Source: Octopus sinensis (lineage: Eukaryota). From it: 64,000 bases of DNA. A program made the translations under genes and the position numbers. Shown piece by piece: positions 12,569-24,763 of this stretch. Every line of letters starts with the position of its first letter. Position 1 is the stretch's first letter. Below the pieces are notes generated by a model that made no database searches, was not told the origin of the DNA, and saw nothing but the letters and a program-made list of their open reading frames with translations. The stretch spans positions 8,494,001 to 8,558,000 of the forward strand of contig NC_042997.1 of the NCBI RefSeq assembly GCF_006345805.1, given 5' to 3'.

Positions 12569-13579
12569 GCCTTTGTCTTTATGATTCTTTTCTAAGCCCT
12601 ATACCAGTAAACACCTCATGCTCATAACAGCAAAATAAAATATGTCTTTTCTTTCACCATTACATACACAATAATTAAATGGATATGATATTTGTCTCTC
12701 ATCCAAAACATGATTATGGGTTCTTAATTCATCAATAATCATTGGCACTGTGGTCTATCTTAGGAAAAATGGTGAAATTCTGTACTAAAACTATATATCT
12801 TTAGCATTGTGTTGCAGTATTATGCAATGCTCACGAGTCATTTATGCCAATCTTCTATATTGAAAATAGGCACCACTTACATTTCACAATTGATAGTTAG
12901 ATGTTCATGCTAAAATAACCAATTTACAAGAACTATATAACCCTTACTAGCATGAAAGAAATAAAAATAATCACATTATGAGATAGAAGGAAATATAATA
13001 AAATATGTTCGGCTTGATATAATGCCAAAATACTTACTTTCTATTCTAGGTGTTGGTTTATTCTAAAGCTAGTTACAACTAAACATTAGTAGGATAATAA
13101 ATTTTCCTCTTTTTTGCTACTCTGATATATTGGCAAAGTAAAAAGAATTTTACTCATACAATTAGAAAAGCGAATTGTATTTACTGTTATATGCTCCATT
13201 TGTGAAAGTCTTTGTATATGGAACAATGCAGAGGTGTTATTCTTCTATTCTTTTATTCTTGTATTCTTTCACTAGTCTCAGTAAATGGACAGTGGCCATG
13301 CTAGGGCACCACTTCAAGAAATTTATTCAACATAATAACTCCACTACTTATTCCAAAGTGTGATTTGAGGAAGATTTGTTTATTATTTCTTGCAGAGTCT
13401 TTACAGTATAGGACAAAATGCTTCATGATATTTGCTTCGACTCCTTGCATTCTGAGTTGAGACCCTAACTAGGTGAACCTTGCTTTTAATCCTTGTATGA
13501 TTGATCAAAGAAGATATCAGTCCAGGATAATGGATGAGAGGAATGATAGACTATCAGACTTCAAAGCTCAGATATATAT

Positions 13580-13738
13580 TATCATCATCATCATCATCAT
13601 CATCGATTACTGTCCATTTTCCATGCTAGCATGCGTTGGACAGTTTGACTGAGTTCTAGAGAGCCAGTAGCTGCACCAGGCTCCAATCTGATCTGGCAAT
13701 CTTTCTACAGCTGGATGCCCTTTCTAACGCTAACAACC
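13580..13738 (-). mobile_element. RTE 3' tail fragment
   Basis: (CAT)n then ttttccatgctagcatg...cagctggatgccc. Confidence 0.85.
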
Positions 13739-14864
13739 ATTTTCATTTTGATCTGTTAGTAGTTGACTTAATTCATTGTCTGATTGAAAATCCCTACTTG
13801 ATCCTTGGTACCTTTATTTCAAATTCAGTCTAAGTCTTTGATTTAAAGATAACTTCCTCCAACCAGTCTCTGAGGTCCTGAAAAATTAAGGACATATAGA
13901 CACTGCTTTTCTGTCACTTTCTAAACAGTAAAACAGTCAAGGGACCACATACCAGCTCCTTTGCTGATACAAGAAACATGTTTATTAATGACAGAGTAAT
14001 AACAATGTGAACTTATTTCACACCTTTCTTTAGGTAATTTTTTAAAATAGTTTGGTCAGGGGCAGAATAAGTGGTGTCATACTACCCACGATCTTTTCAA
14101 GCCTTCAACACTAATTATCACACACAAACACACACATGTGGACGCACATGTACACACACACATGCACACACACACACACACACACACACACTTATTACAT
14201 AAAAAGCACCAAAATGAAATGAGGACAATTATGATATAACAGGGTGACAAATATATTAGATACAACGTTAAACAAATAAAACACAGTGTCAAAAGTATAG
14301 TGATATGAAGTAACATTATAATAATCAAAGGATGTGTACAATGAAAATATTAGTTATTACAAATGAAAAGAATCGCAAATCTAACATTTCAGGGTGTATT
14401 CATTATCTAGAGGAAGCAAAAATAAGAGACGGAAATGAAAAAATATAGATGATATTAGTATAACACTGTTTATTTACATTGCAGGCTTAGTGTAAAAAGG
14501 AAATTGGAGAGTGAGATTGGAATTTGAGTCATAATCAAGGTCATAATGAGAGTAGGTAGGATGAAGAAAAGAGAGAGTGAGTGACTGAGAGATAGAAACA
14601 TACAGATAAACAGACAGAGAGGGAAAGAGAGAGAGAGAAGAGAAAGGAGAAAATGGAGGCTGCAAAACAGAATAAAAGAGAGTGAAAAGTGAGAAGCTGA
14701 GTGGTGGAGCTCAATTATTGATGTATATATGTACACTGAAGTGTATTAAAATATGCAAAGGTATCATTTATATAGATGATAAATAGTATCTAATTTATCA
14801 AAATACAAAGTTCATAGATGCAAGTCATTTTCAAAATATGATATACCCAGTTAAGAATACAAAT

Positions 14865-15400
<536 letters not shown>

Positions 15401-15714
15401 TGTAAACATTGTGAAGACAGGAGGTCTATGTTTATGTATTGTGAGAATGTGGTTGCGTGTATTTTTTTATATTTTTCTTTTTGCTTCTTCTACCTATTAG
15501 AGTAACTTCACTTTTATTCAACGGTTTTTGCCTAGCATTTTTTGCCATCAATAGCCAATGAGAATGCAACGTAGCTCTTTGACATTCGAAACTCTGAGTA
15601 CTATAATAACAAACTTTTACTGTTTGTTCTAAATTATAACATATAAATAATCCTCTATCTAATATCAAGGGCCCATTCTTTTGTTGTGACTTTTGTTATA
15701 CATATATATATATA

Positions 15715-16103
15715 CTAGCAGTATCACCCGGTGTTGCTTGGGTTTGTTTCCACCCTTTAGAATTGGAATTTTTGAAAAGTAAAAATTTTGCATTATGCAA
15801 CTTGTTATTCTCTTCAAGTGAACATTTTTCCAGTTGAAATGCACCAAAAAATGGTGACACAGCAGTCAAAAATCGTAAAAAATAGGGATTTTCATAGAAG
15901 AAAAGCACCTTTTAGATGTAAATAATTTTTGGTGTTAACATGGTCAGATTTGAATTTTATCTTCTACAAAATGAAGAGCAAGCCATCTTCTATCATACTC
16001 TCAATTTTGGTCAACTTGTGCTGCAGGGTCTCGAAGGAGATAGTGTTAGTTGAAGGCTACCAAACCTGCCACACACAGACAACTTCAGCTTTATATATAT
16101 AGA
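15715..16103 (-). mobile_element. Non-autonomous Helitron, both ends present
   Basis: Minus strand starts A^TCTATATATATAAAG, ends with hairpin cccaagcaacaccggg and CTAG^T. No TSD. Confidence 0.85.
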
Positions 16104-16835
16104 TTTGCTACACACTACTTTCCATCCTTAATAATGAAACTTGGTAGATCCAAAAGTTAAATAGACAGACACACACACAGATACACACACAGACACACAA
16201 GTTGAGTTTTATATATATAGATTTCTCAACGGGGATTTCAGGGAAGAGTTTCAGGGAGTCGCTGGCGATGTATCGTGATGATCAAAAATCCGGCCGGCTA
16301 AAATTTGGTTAAAGTGATTCAAACTGCAGACTCAATGCAAAATGGTCACATTTAATTCAAAGCATTAAAAATGTTATGAAAACAATTGGTATGTGTTCAC
16401 AAAGTCCAAACGATTAATACAAAAAACCCCTCCAGGCTACATCCCGAAAATTCATTTCTTTGCCGAATTTATACTATGTTTACGGAGATTCATTTTTATA
16501 TCTTGATTTTTTATTTTTCATGCAATTTACGCATGCTTGCATGCGTGGTGAACACAGTTCACGTCAATCAGCTGACTGAGTAAAATTCACTATTCAATGC
16601 ATGGGATAAGGCCTAAACAAACACATTATTGATTTTTGCACTTGTGAGATGAATTTCGGAACAGAAATAGCGCAGTTCAATTTTCGTTCGCCTAAACTTT
16701 AAGGGACCCATTTTTGGTGGTTCTACGATTTGTTGGCTAGGAGGAGATGTGCTGAGAAGTTAAACAAACAGACACACACACAGATACACACACAGACACA
16801 CAAGTTGAGTTTTATATATATATATATATATATAT
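16104..16835 (-). mobile_element. Two further Helitron 5'-end fragments in tandem
   Basis: acagacacacacacagatacacacacagacacacaagttgagttttatatatata occurs at ~16165-16221 and ~16768-16830. Confidence 0.75.
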
Positions 16836-16837
16836 GA

Positions 16838-17410
16838 CTGGTGACCGAGACATTTGGTGATGTGCTGTGCTTGAGAGGACCCATCCAGCCAAGTGCATCT
16901 GTGCTGGTGGCACGTAAAGAACATTTTTTGAATATTGGCCCTCGCAGAGGCAAGGTGGTTGAGTTCCTTTCAAGTGTTGGGCCTCAAAGAGACGGAGTGG
17001 TTGAGTTCCTTTCAAGCATTGAGCCTCAGAGAGTTAAAGCGCTGAGTACCTTTCACAGAAGATATGACTGAGACCTTTGGCCTTATGTCATGGTTGAGAA
17101 GAAGACCTATTCAGCCAAGCAAAATTTCAGTCATGGTAGATACTGGTGTCACACAAATTGACATCCATGCCATTGGCATGTAAATGCACCCAGGTATTAC
17201 GCAAATGGCAACCATGCCAGTGGCATATAAAATCACTCATTTCACTACACTCTTGAAGGGGTTGGCATTAGGAAGGGTATGCAGCCATAGAAAACTATGA
17301 ACAATTAGACTGGAGTCTGGTGCATCCTTCCAGCATACTAGCCCAGTCAAACAGTTCAAAACCATGCCAGCATGGACAATGGACGTGAAATGATGATAAT
17401 GATGATGATG
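16838..17410 (+). mobile_element. RTE LINE 3' end fragments with ~40-bp internal tandem repeats
   Basis: tgaccgagacatttgg..gtgcttgagag; repeated ggcctc..gag..gtggttgagttcctttcaag; tail catgccagcatggacaatggacg and GAT repeats. Confidence 0.8.
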
Positions 17411-17528
17411 TATGTGTATATATACATATGCATGTATGTATATATATGTATGTATGTGTGTGTGTATATATATATATACCATCATCATCGTCGTTTAACG
17501 CCCGCTTTCCATGCTAGCATGGGTTGGA

Positions 17529-17571
<43 letters not shown>

Positions 17572-17576
<5 letters not shown>

Positions 17577-18462
17577 TGTGCGTTTAGTAAATTGTCACCA
17601 TTTTATATTTTTAATTTCACGCAAATTTATACTTAATTTTGTCAATTACACAGTATAGTAGGGTGAGATGGGCACTCTACTCTGTGAGAAAAGCAGCACC
17701 GTGATGTAATATACTCTGCTAGAAATTTGGATGCGACATGCTATGCTGCTTGGTATTCATGCTAGAAACTCCAATACAAACACTTCAGATTGTTTGGGTG
17801 TCAATCTGTGAACAGTGCAATCTGAGGACATATACTGAGAGTGATAAAAATCAAACATCCAGTCAACATCAGGGTGTTTAGAGAGATCACTAGTGATGGT
17901 GATGCTATACCTCCATCCATCTTCCCATATGGCCTCAGACTCAACACGGAGGCCTACATCATGATCCTGGATGAGGTAATTTTGCCCTGGGTCAAGAGGC
18001 TGGTTGCTGGAAGACTCTATGTCTGGCAACAGGATACTGCATCATGCTACACAAACAGGAGCACCCAATCATGGCTATCAGACAATTTTTACGACCACAT
18101 CACCCTTAACATCTAGCCACCTAACTTCCCAGACTGCAACCCCACTTGATTATTATGTGTGGAGTGCAGTTGAGTGAGAGACAAAAACAAAACTCCTTGT
18201 AACACCAACGATGAACTGAAAATAAGGATTATGGCAGCATCCACCAACTTAACCAAGGAAACCATCCAGAAGATTTACAAGAGATTCCAAAGTCATCTGG
18301 AGGCCGTGGTTGAAGCCAATAGCGATGTTTTATTGAATAAATTTACTCTAGTATTTCAAGATATTTTTGTGTAATTTTGGTAAATATATCCTGTTAAAAT
18401 GAGATGTCAGTGTTATTTTCATTTTTGCATAATTTAGATAACAGTTTATTCATCACACCATG
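17572..18462 (+). mobile_element. Tc1/mariner maT (DD37D) element, internally deleted
   Basis: KHPVNI.VF..ITSDGD..YVWQQD, then 37 residues to the D after PDCNPL (with a frameshift). Degenerate TIRs cacagtgtg../..cacaccatg. Inserted at TA. Confidence 0.9.
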
Positions 18463-18479
18463 CATATACATATATATAT

Positions 18480-18700
18480 ATCACCACCATCATCATCATC
18501 ATCATTTAATGTCAACCTTCCATGTTGGCATGGGTTGGATGGTTTGACAAGCTATCCAGGCAGAAAATTGTACCAGACTTTTGTGTCTGTTTTGGCATGG
18601 TTTTTATGGCTGGATGCCCTTCCAAACACCAACCACCCCACAATGTAGACTGAGTGCTTTTTATGTGGCACCAGCACTGGCAGGGTTACCAAGTAACTTG
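18480..18700 (-). mobile_element. RTE 3' tail fragment
   Basis: CAT tail and ttccatgttggcatgggttgg...ggctggatgccc. Confidence 0.8.
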
Positions 18701-18774
18701 AAAGACAAGGCATCTTTGAGGGGCAGGGAATATTGGAGGAAGTATGAGTATGACAGAGAGAGACAGAGAGGCAG

Positions 18775-19098
18775 AAATAGCACCATAATACAATTCACTC
18801 TGCCAGAAATTTGGAAACAACATGCTGTTACTGCCTGGCAATCACACCAGAAGTTCCAATACAAACATTTCAGAGTGTTTGGGTGTCAATCTGAGGACAG
18901 TGCAGAGAATTTGGAAAGAGTAGGATAAGTTTAATTATGTGATTATGAAGGTGCAGCAGCTCAGAAAACTCACTCTGATCATTCTGATAAGAAAAGAAAT
19001 TTTGAATTTGTTGGTGAGATCCAGGCCATGTTTAACAACGATCCTTCTAAGTCAATCAGGTCCATCGCCAAGGATATGGGAGTGTCTGAGTTTCTTAT
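18775..19098 (+). mobile_element. N-terminal fragment of the same maT family
   Basis: Matches 17690-17820 and continues NISECLGVNLRTVQRI..DPSKSIRSIAKDMGVSEFL. Confidence 0.85.
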
Positions 19099-19099
19099 G

Positions 19100-19755
19100 A
19101 CATTGTCTACAACAGGAAGATAAAGGTGTACAATGCTTCAGTGTTCCCTTGCTTCTTGTATGCCATGGAATACATGGATCTCTACCTCAGGCACATCAAG
19201 GCCCTGATGTGAGCCCAACTTTGTCATCTGCATTCCATCTTATGTATTAGATGGCAGCATCACAATCCTGATGCAAAGGTTCTGTGCTGCACTGGGGCAG
19301 TTAAAGTGAAGACCCTTATTACCTCATCTCAGCTGTACTGGGTGGGACATGTTTGCAGGATGGAGGGCAGCATGCTCCAAAAGGAAGTTTACTACGCTGA
19401 ACTGTGTCAGGATAGGCAAGGCTGTAGTGGCCAGAGGTTACAATACATGGATGTATTGAAAAAATATATGATGAACTCCAGCATCTCCTTAGACACCTGG
19501 GAGGAGAAGGCTCTGTGGTGTGGTGAATGGCACTGATTGCTGAAGCTCATGATTCCAGCTGTTGAGCAGAAACAACATAGAGAATATTAAAGAGCACATA
19601 AAAGGCTTTACTCTTCTGTTGCATCAAGTAGCTTCATTTGCAGCAGAGGTCAGCACTTCTGCAGATCAAGTGCAGGCATTGTAGACTATATGTGAACCAG
19701 CTGGAGATGATTACCAAACAAGATCAGTCAATGTCAAACTACTACGGACAGCCAG
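19100..19755 (+). mobile_element. Old RTE (BovB-like) LINE C-terminal fragment
   Basis: KIKVYNASVFPCFLYAME..; QLYWVGHVCRMEGSMLQKEVYYAEL..GQRLQYMDVLKK. Confidence 0.85.
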
Positions 19756-19868
19756 AGACATATATTAATATATATATATATATATATCATCATCATCATT
19801 ATCATCATTATCGTCAATTACCAAGTAATGTAACTGAAAATCCAGGAAATTTCTATAAAGAAGTTTTC

Positions 19869-19883
19869 TGTGTGTGTGTGTGT

Positions 19884-19947
<64 letters not shown>
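19869..19947. repeat. (TG)n microsatellite
   Basis: Directly visible. Confidence 0.97.
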
Positions 19948-19950
<3 letters not shown>

Positions 19951-20313
19951 CATCTGCTTTGTCGCAGATACTAAAGTAGCATTCTGTTGTGGAGTATTGG
20001 CATTCTTTTGGTGCATTTATTATGTAAGAGACTAAATTTCATTTGCTTCTGAAAAGAAACCTTTTGACTCTTTTCTTTCTTTTAGACCAATCAAAAGTAA
20101 TTACCTAAATTCTGTTAGCACTTAAAACTTTAAGCTAACAAATCTTTATAACCAAAGTCTATCCCAGATAACAAGCATTCCTTTCCTTTTCTAGATGATT
20201 TATTGCTTAACTTACCAATCACTCCAAGCATGTCCCAGAAGAATTTGAAAGTGCTATTAGCATGCTACAACAGATTTGCAGGATCTAAATTTATTTAATT
20301 ATTGTTTCATATT

Positions 20314-20525
20314 GGCTTCAAAGTTTGGCACGAGGCCAGCAATTTCAGGAAAGGGACTAATTTGTTTTTATCAACCCCAGTATTCAACTGGTACTGATTT
20401 TATTAACCTCAAAATGATGAAGGGTGAAGTCGACCTCAGTGGAATTTGAACCCAGAACATAAAGATGGACAAAATACCACTAAGCATTTTTCCCAGAATG
20501 TTAATGATTTTGCCAGCTTACTGTC
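20314..20525 (-). mobile_element. SINE type B (older copy)
   Basis: Reverse complement of gagctggcag..ttcaaattcc..gaggtcgactt. TSD ttaattattgtYtcatatt. Confidence 0.88.
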
Positions 20526-20540
20526 ATTAATTATTGTCTA

Positions 20541-20763
20541 GAAGGTGGTGAGCTGGCAGAGTCGTTAGCATGCCAGGCAAAATGCTTAGGGATGATTTTG
20601 TCTGCCGCAACATTCTGAGTTCAAATTCCGCTGAGGTCGACTTTGCCTTTCATCTTTTCGTGGTTAATAAATTAAGTACCAATGAAACACTGGGGTCGAT
20701 GAAATCGACCATACTCCTTCCCCAAATTTCAGGCCTTGTGCCTATTGTAGAAAAGGAGAAAGG
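20541..20763 (+). mobile_element. SINE type B
   Basis: ggtggtgagctggcaga..gagttcaaattccgctgaggtcgactttgcctttcatc. TSD attaattattgtct at 20526-39 and 20764-77. Confidence 0.92.
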
Positions 20764-21281
20764 ATTAATTATTGTCTCATATTAAGATCTAGTTTAATCA
20801 TCTATAGACCTATTTAATCACACATTTTCTGGGTTTTTTTCCGTTTCTTAATTTGGGCATTTCTTCATGGTTAAATGCTATACTTATAAGTATGCAACTA
20901 CCAGATTAAGGATTTCTACTTCTTCATTCCACAAGCACTTGAGTTCCCTATAGTTCTAGTAAGATAAACTATTAATTGACAGCTGGCAGAAAGGTACTGC
21001 TTGAACTGTCAACTTACTGTAAACTGTGTTTAGTTTTTCAACTATAAATCAAAATTTTGAGATAAACTGAATTCTTTGATAAGAATTTTTTAAAACCGAA
21101 TTCAATATCAAGTATTTCAAACAAGCTTGTATCTATGGTAGAAGCATTCAAGTTTGTATTGAAACTGGAATGAAAGACTAGCAGATTAAAGTAAAAGTTT
21201 GAAAAAAAATAAAAAAGAAGAAAAAAATCAATATTTCCATTTTAGATTATGCATTTTAAAATGTTATTTAATAATATGTTT

Positions 21282-21282
<1 letters not shown>

Positions 21283-21341
<59 letters not shown>
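21283..21341. repeat. (AAT)n microsatellite
   Basis: Directly visible. Confidence 0.97.
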
Positions 21342-21343
<2 letters not shown>

Positions 21344-22149
21344 AATTTTGTTTATTTTTTGAGGAATACTCTTGTGATAATGATTTAAAACCTTTATAGC
21401 ATTTTAACAAGAGAAGTAGCAGGTTAAGTTGCTATGGTACCAACACCATGATTTAAAATGGTTTATAGTTTGTGTTTTCTTGCTGGTATTGTGCATTATC
21501 CTTTGTAAGCACTCTTAACTTGTCCACTCCATCTAATGTGTAGATAATATTCTCTGCTGTCAGTAGTGAAGATAATTCATGAATAACAGGTGTTTCATTA
21601 GCTTTCAATACTAAACTTTAATCCTTCTATGTGGAAAACGTGCATTACATTTGCAATTTAAGCAGAGAGAAAAAGAAAGAGTCAGAGAGGTTGGAGGGGA
21701 AGAAGCAACAGAGATTTCTTACAACCACTTTACATGCTGAAAACTGGGAGAAGTTGATGGTTAGAACAGAGAAATTGTTTAAAAAATAAAGATTTCAAAG
21801 TCAAACACAGTCTTTTCTATTTCATCTTGTGATTTTTCATTTTCTCTTCTTTTATTATCTATTTTTTTATTTTATTTATTATTACTTTCAGCTTTGCTTT
21901 TTTTATTTTTTTAGCTAAATCATTGAAATGATCTAGGTTTTTCTCCGAGCTGATTGAATCAATCCATTTCCAGATTATTTTAAATTTAACACAACTTCAC
22001 CTCAAACTGATATCTGAGTCAGTTAGGGATGCTCATATTGAGATAACTTAAATGTGGTATCTGTATACAGATTGAAAAATTATAGGAAACAAAATTAAAT
22101 ACCTTACTTCTAAATGCCTCGAGCAAGAATGCATGTTATATGCTGCAAA

Positions 22150-22900
22150 CTAAAAACAATAGGGAATAGAGCATGGTTGTGTGAATGGTTGTGCCTTGTA
22201 ACATTCTGAGAAAAGAGTTGGACACAGTGGTTAGTGCATAGACAGTAAGTAGTGAATGAGACAAGAATATTTGAGTAGAAGGCGGCAAGCTGGCAGAAAC
22301 GTTAGCATGCCGTGCAAAATGCTTAGTGGTATTTCGTCTGCTGCTATGTTCTGAGTTCAAATTCCGCCGAGGTCAACTTTGCCTTTCATCCTTTTGGGGT
22401 TGATTAAATAAGCACCAGTTACGCACTGGGGTCGATATAATTGACTTAATCTGTTTGTCTGTCCTTGTTTGTCCCCTCTCTGTGTAGCCCCTTGTGGACA
22501 GTAAAGAAATAAGAATTCTTTAGTAGGTCTGGCATGAATCAAAACAGCTTACAGGAGCAGTTAATGTGGCAGTGATAGAAAAGACAAAGGGAGGAGAGAG
22601 CATGTCTTTAAGCAAAATTTTGGAGTATGTTGTTGAGTAACTTCATGCCAATAAGCTGAATGGCTTGTCTTTGGATGTGGTCTAAGATATCTATGTGTGT
22701 AGCAACAGCACTATCTCAGATGTCAGAACAATACACCATTATAACTCTCACTTAAGCTTTGTAGAGAATAGCAGTTATTGAGGGCTAGAATATTTTGTGG
22801 CACTGAAATTCAAGGCCAATCTTAGGGAGGCAGTTTTATACATGGTAAGAAAGGCCGAAGGCAATGGTGAGGCCAATCAATCAAGGAACCAGAAAGGTAG
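22150..22900 (-). mobile_element. Decayed CR1/L2-group LINE C-terminal region, interrupted by a SINE B
   Basis: Frameshifted minus translation KYSSPQ*LL.LYKA*VR.IM.YCS.I*DSA.ATHIDILD.IQRQAI.LIG. Confidence 0.75.
22280..22511 (+). mobile_element. SINE type B
   Basis: Full type B sequence ending gtaaagaaat. Degenerate TSD aagaat..t.agtag. Confidence 0.92.
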
Positions 22901-23449
22901 TGATTACATATTGCTCATAATTAGAGGACCGGAAGGTTACAATAATATTTTCCTCATGTGTGCAACCTTAAGAAGGGACAACCTAGTTTATAATGAGATT
23001 CTGTTTACCAATTTGTGATGGTGCACTCTCTTTCTTCCTCTCCAAAGTATAAAATCTGTTCACACTTCACACAGACACAGATTCGCCTATCTATTTCCCC
23101 TGCTTTATAAACACTGAATGTAATTTAATTTCTCCCTTAGACAGTAGCTATATTCCTGCTATCTGCATCTTCAACAAATAATAAAATTTTATGGAGTACT
23201 ACTATGCAGCATAATTTCTTCACAATTTATTATGTTAGATCATATTTAGTGTTTATACTATATTAATAGACTTGAAACCTCATACTTGGATTAAAAGTAC
23301 CAACTTGTAATATAAGTTCTATCTATATAAACCAGTTGCTGGATTACTGCTTAACTACATGTTACATCTCACTTCACAAATTAGGTACTATTCATGATTT
23401 AACTGATATTTTAGTTGTTGAATTTTATCTTCAAAAGTATTTCACTCAC

Positions 23450-23544
23450 TTCCTAGAAAATTTGCCAGCAACTTAGCACCGACTGGATAAGCGAATTTGC
23501 TACTGTTCAACAATGAAGTTTTCTCTTGAATTGAATATCCCATC
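23450..23544 (-). CDS. Candidate 95-nt coding exon (phase 2 to 1)
   Basis: tttgcag|...|gtgagt with a single open frame MGYSIQEKTSLLNSSKFAYPVGAKLLANFLG. Unique sequence with two retained CpGs in a CpG-poor background. Confidence 0.25.
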
Positions 23545-24299
23545 CTGCAAACTGCATCTTAATATTTATAGCATTAATTTTCTTAGGAAAACATATTTAG
23601 TTTCATTTTGTTTTAATTCTATAATTGTTGTTGGTGATTGTTGTTGTTAAGCAACAAGACAGGTAAGGGTGATTAGATGATGGTCTAGGGCTTAGGGGGC
23701 GGGAGACCCCAGACCTTGGAAAAAAAAATACTTTGGTCGTCTTGTTGTAGTCAAAGGTCCTCGAAGTCGCTGGAAATGGAGATCTCCAGGTCCAAATTCT
23801 TGAACGGCTGTTGTTGATGACGATGATGATGGTTGTGGTGGTGGAGGTGGTGGTGGTGTGGAGGAGGAGGAATGTTTCAGTGTCAAAGGATTAAGCATAC
23901 ACTTGATGAAGTATGTTCATGACTTAATTAATGGCTGTGTAATTGAGTAAATAAGTTATTGAAAACAGATGAATTTTAGTTTGCTTCACTCATTTTAATA
24001 TTTTAGTTGACTAGCTATATAATTCCACATGCTCTTGCATATATAAATAACGGAATAAAAACTTAATATTAAGGTAAAATTATCAATGAAAGAATGGCCC
24101 TTTTGACAGAGCAGAGATACTTCACATCTGCAAAATGTCACAAAACTGAAGCAAGGCTTCAGGCCATATGAGGCTTTCAGGATTTGGTAAATTTGCATTT
24201 TTTTTTTATGCTCTAAATTAATCTGGTCATCTACAAATATCCTTACTTTGTCTAATCTCTAAGAATACACTAATTAGATAAATTAAAAAGAAAACTCTC

Positions 24300-24763
24300 A
24301 AATGCCTTACTTCCCTAGGCATGGATACATTGAAACTCTGACGTCTGGCAGCTGACTTGGCAGACACCCATAAAATTATTAACCATCTTACAAACAATAA
24401 CTCCAAGCACCTTTTCAAACTCTATCTGTCTAACACCCGTGGACATGTTTACAAAGTCAGAAAACAGCACAGCTCCCATGACTTTCGGAAACATTTTTTT
24501 CATGCTAAGAGTTGCCGAAGCATGGAACAAACTGCAGGCATCAGTTGTTAGTTGTCGGAGCACTGCATCCTTCAAAACTTCCATGCTTCCTGAGATTCGC
24601 CAACACTACACCTGATTTTCTCCCCTCCATACACATGCAAGCATGTATCTGACTCGTACACTGTTCACTTTCCAGACATTTGTACATTACTGCATATGCT
24701 TTATACACACTTTTGACAAGTTGTGGTGCACCTGAGCACTGTATACAATAATTTCATTATTAT
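24300..24763 (+). mobile_element. CR1 LINE 3' end
   Basis: LTSLGMDTLKL*RLAADL..NTRGHVYKVRKQ..RKHFF/LRVAEAWNKL; 3' UTR ending cattattatt. Confidence 0.92.

Noticed and set aside
16935-17055. Spaced ~40-bp repeats as a CRISPR-like array
   Set aside because: These are degenerate tandem repeats inside an RTE 3' UTR in a eukaryote, with no unique spacers or cas genes.
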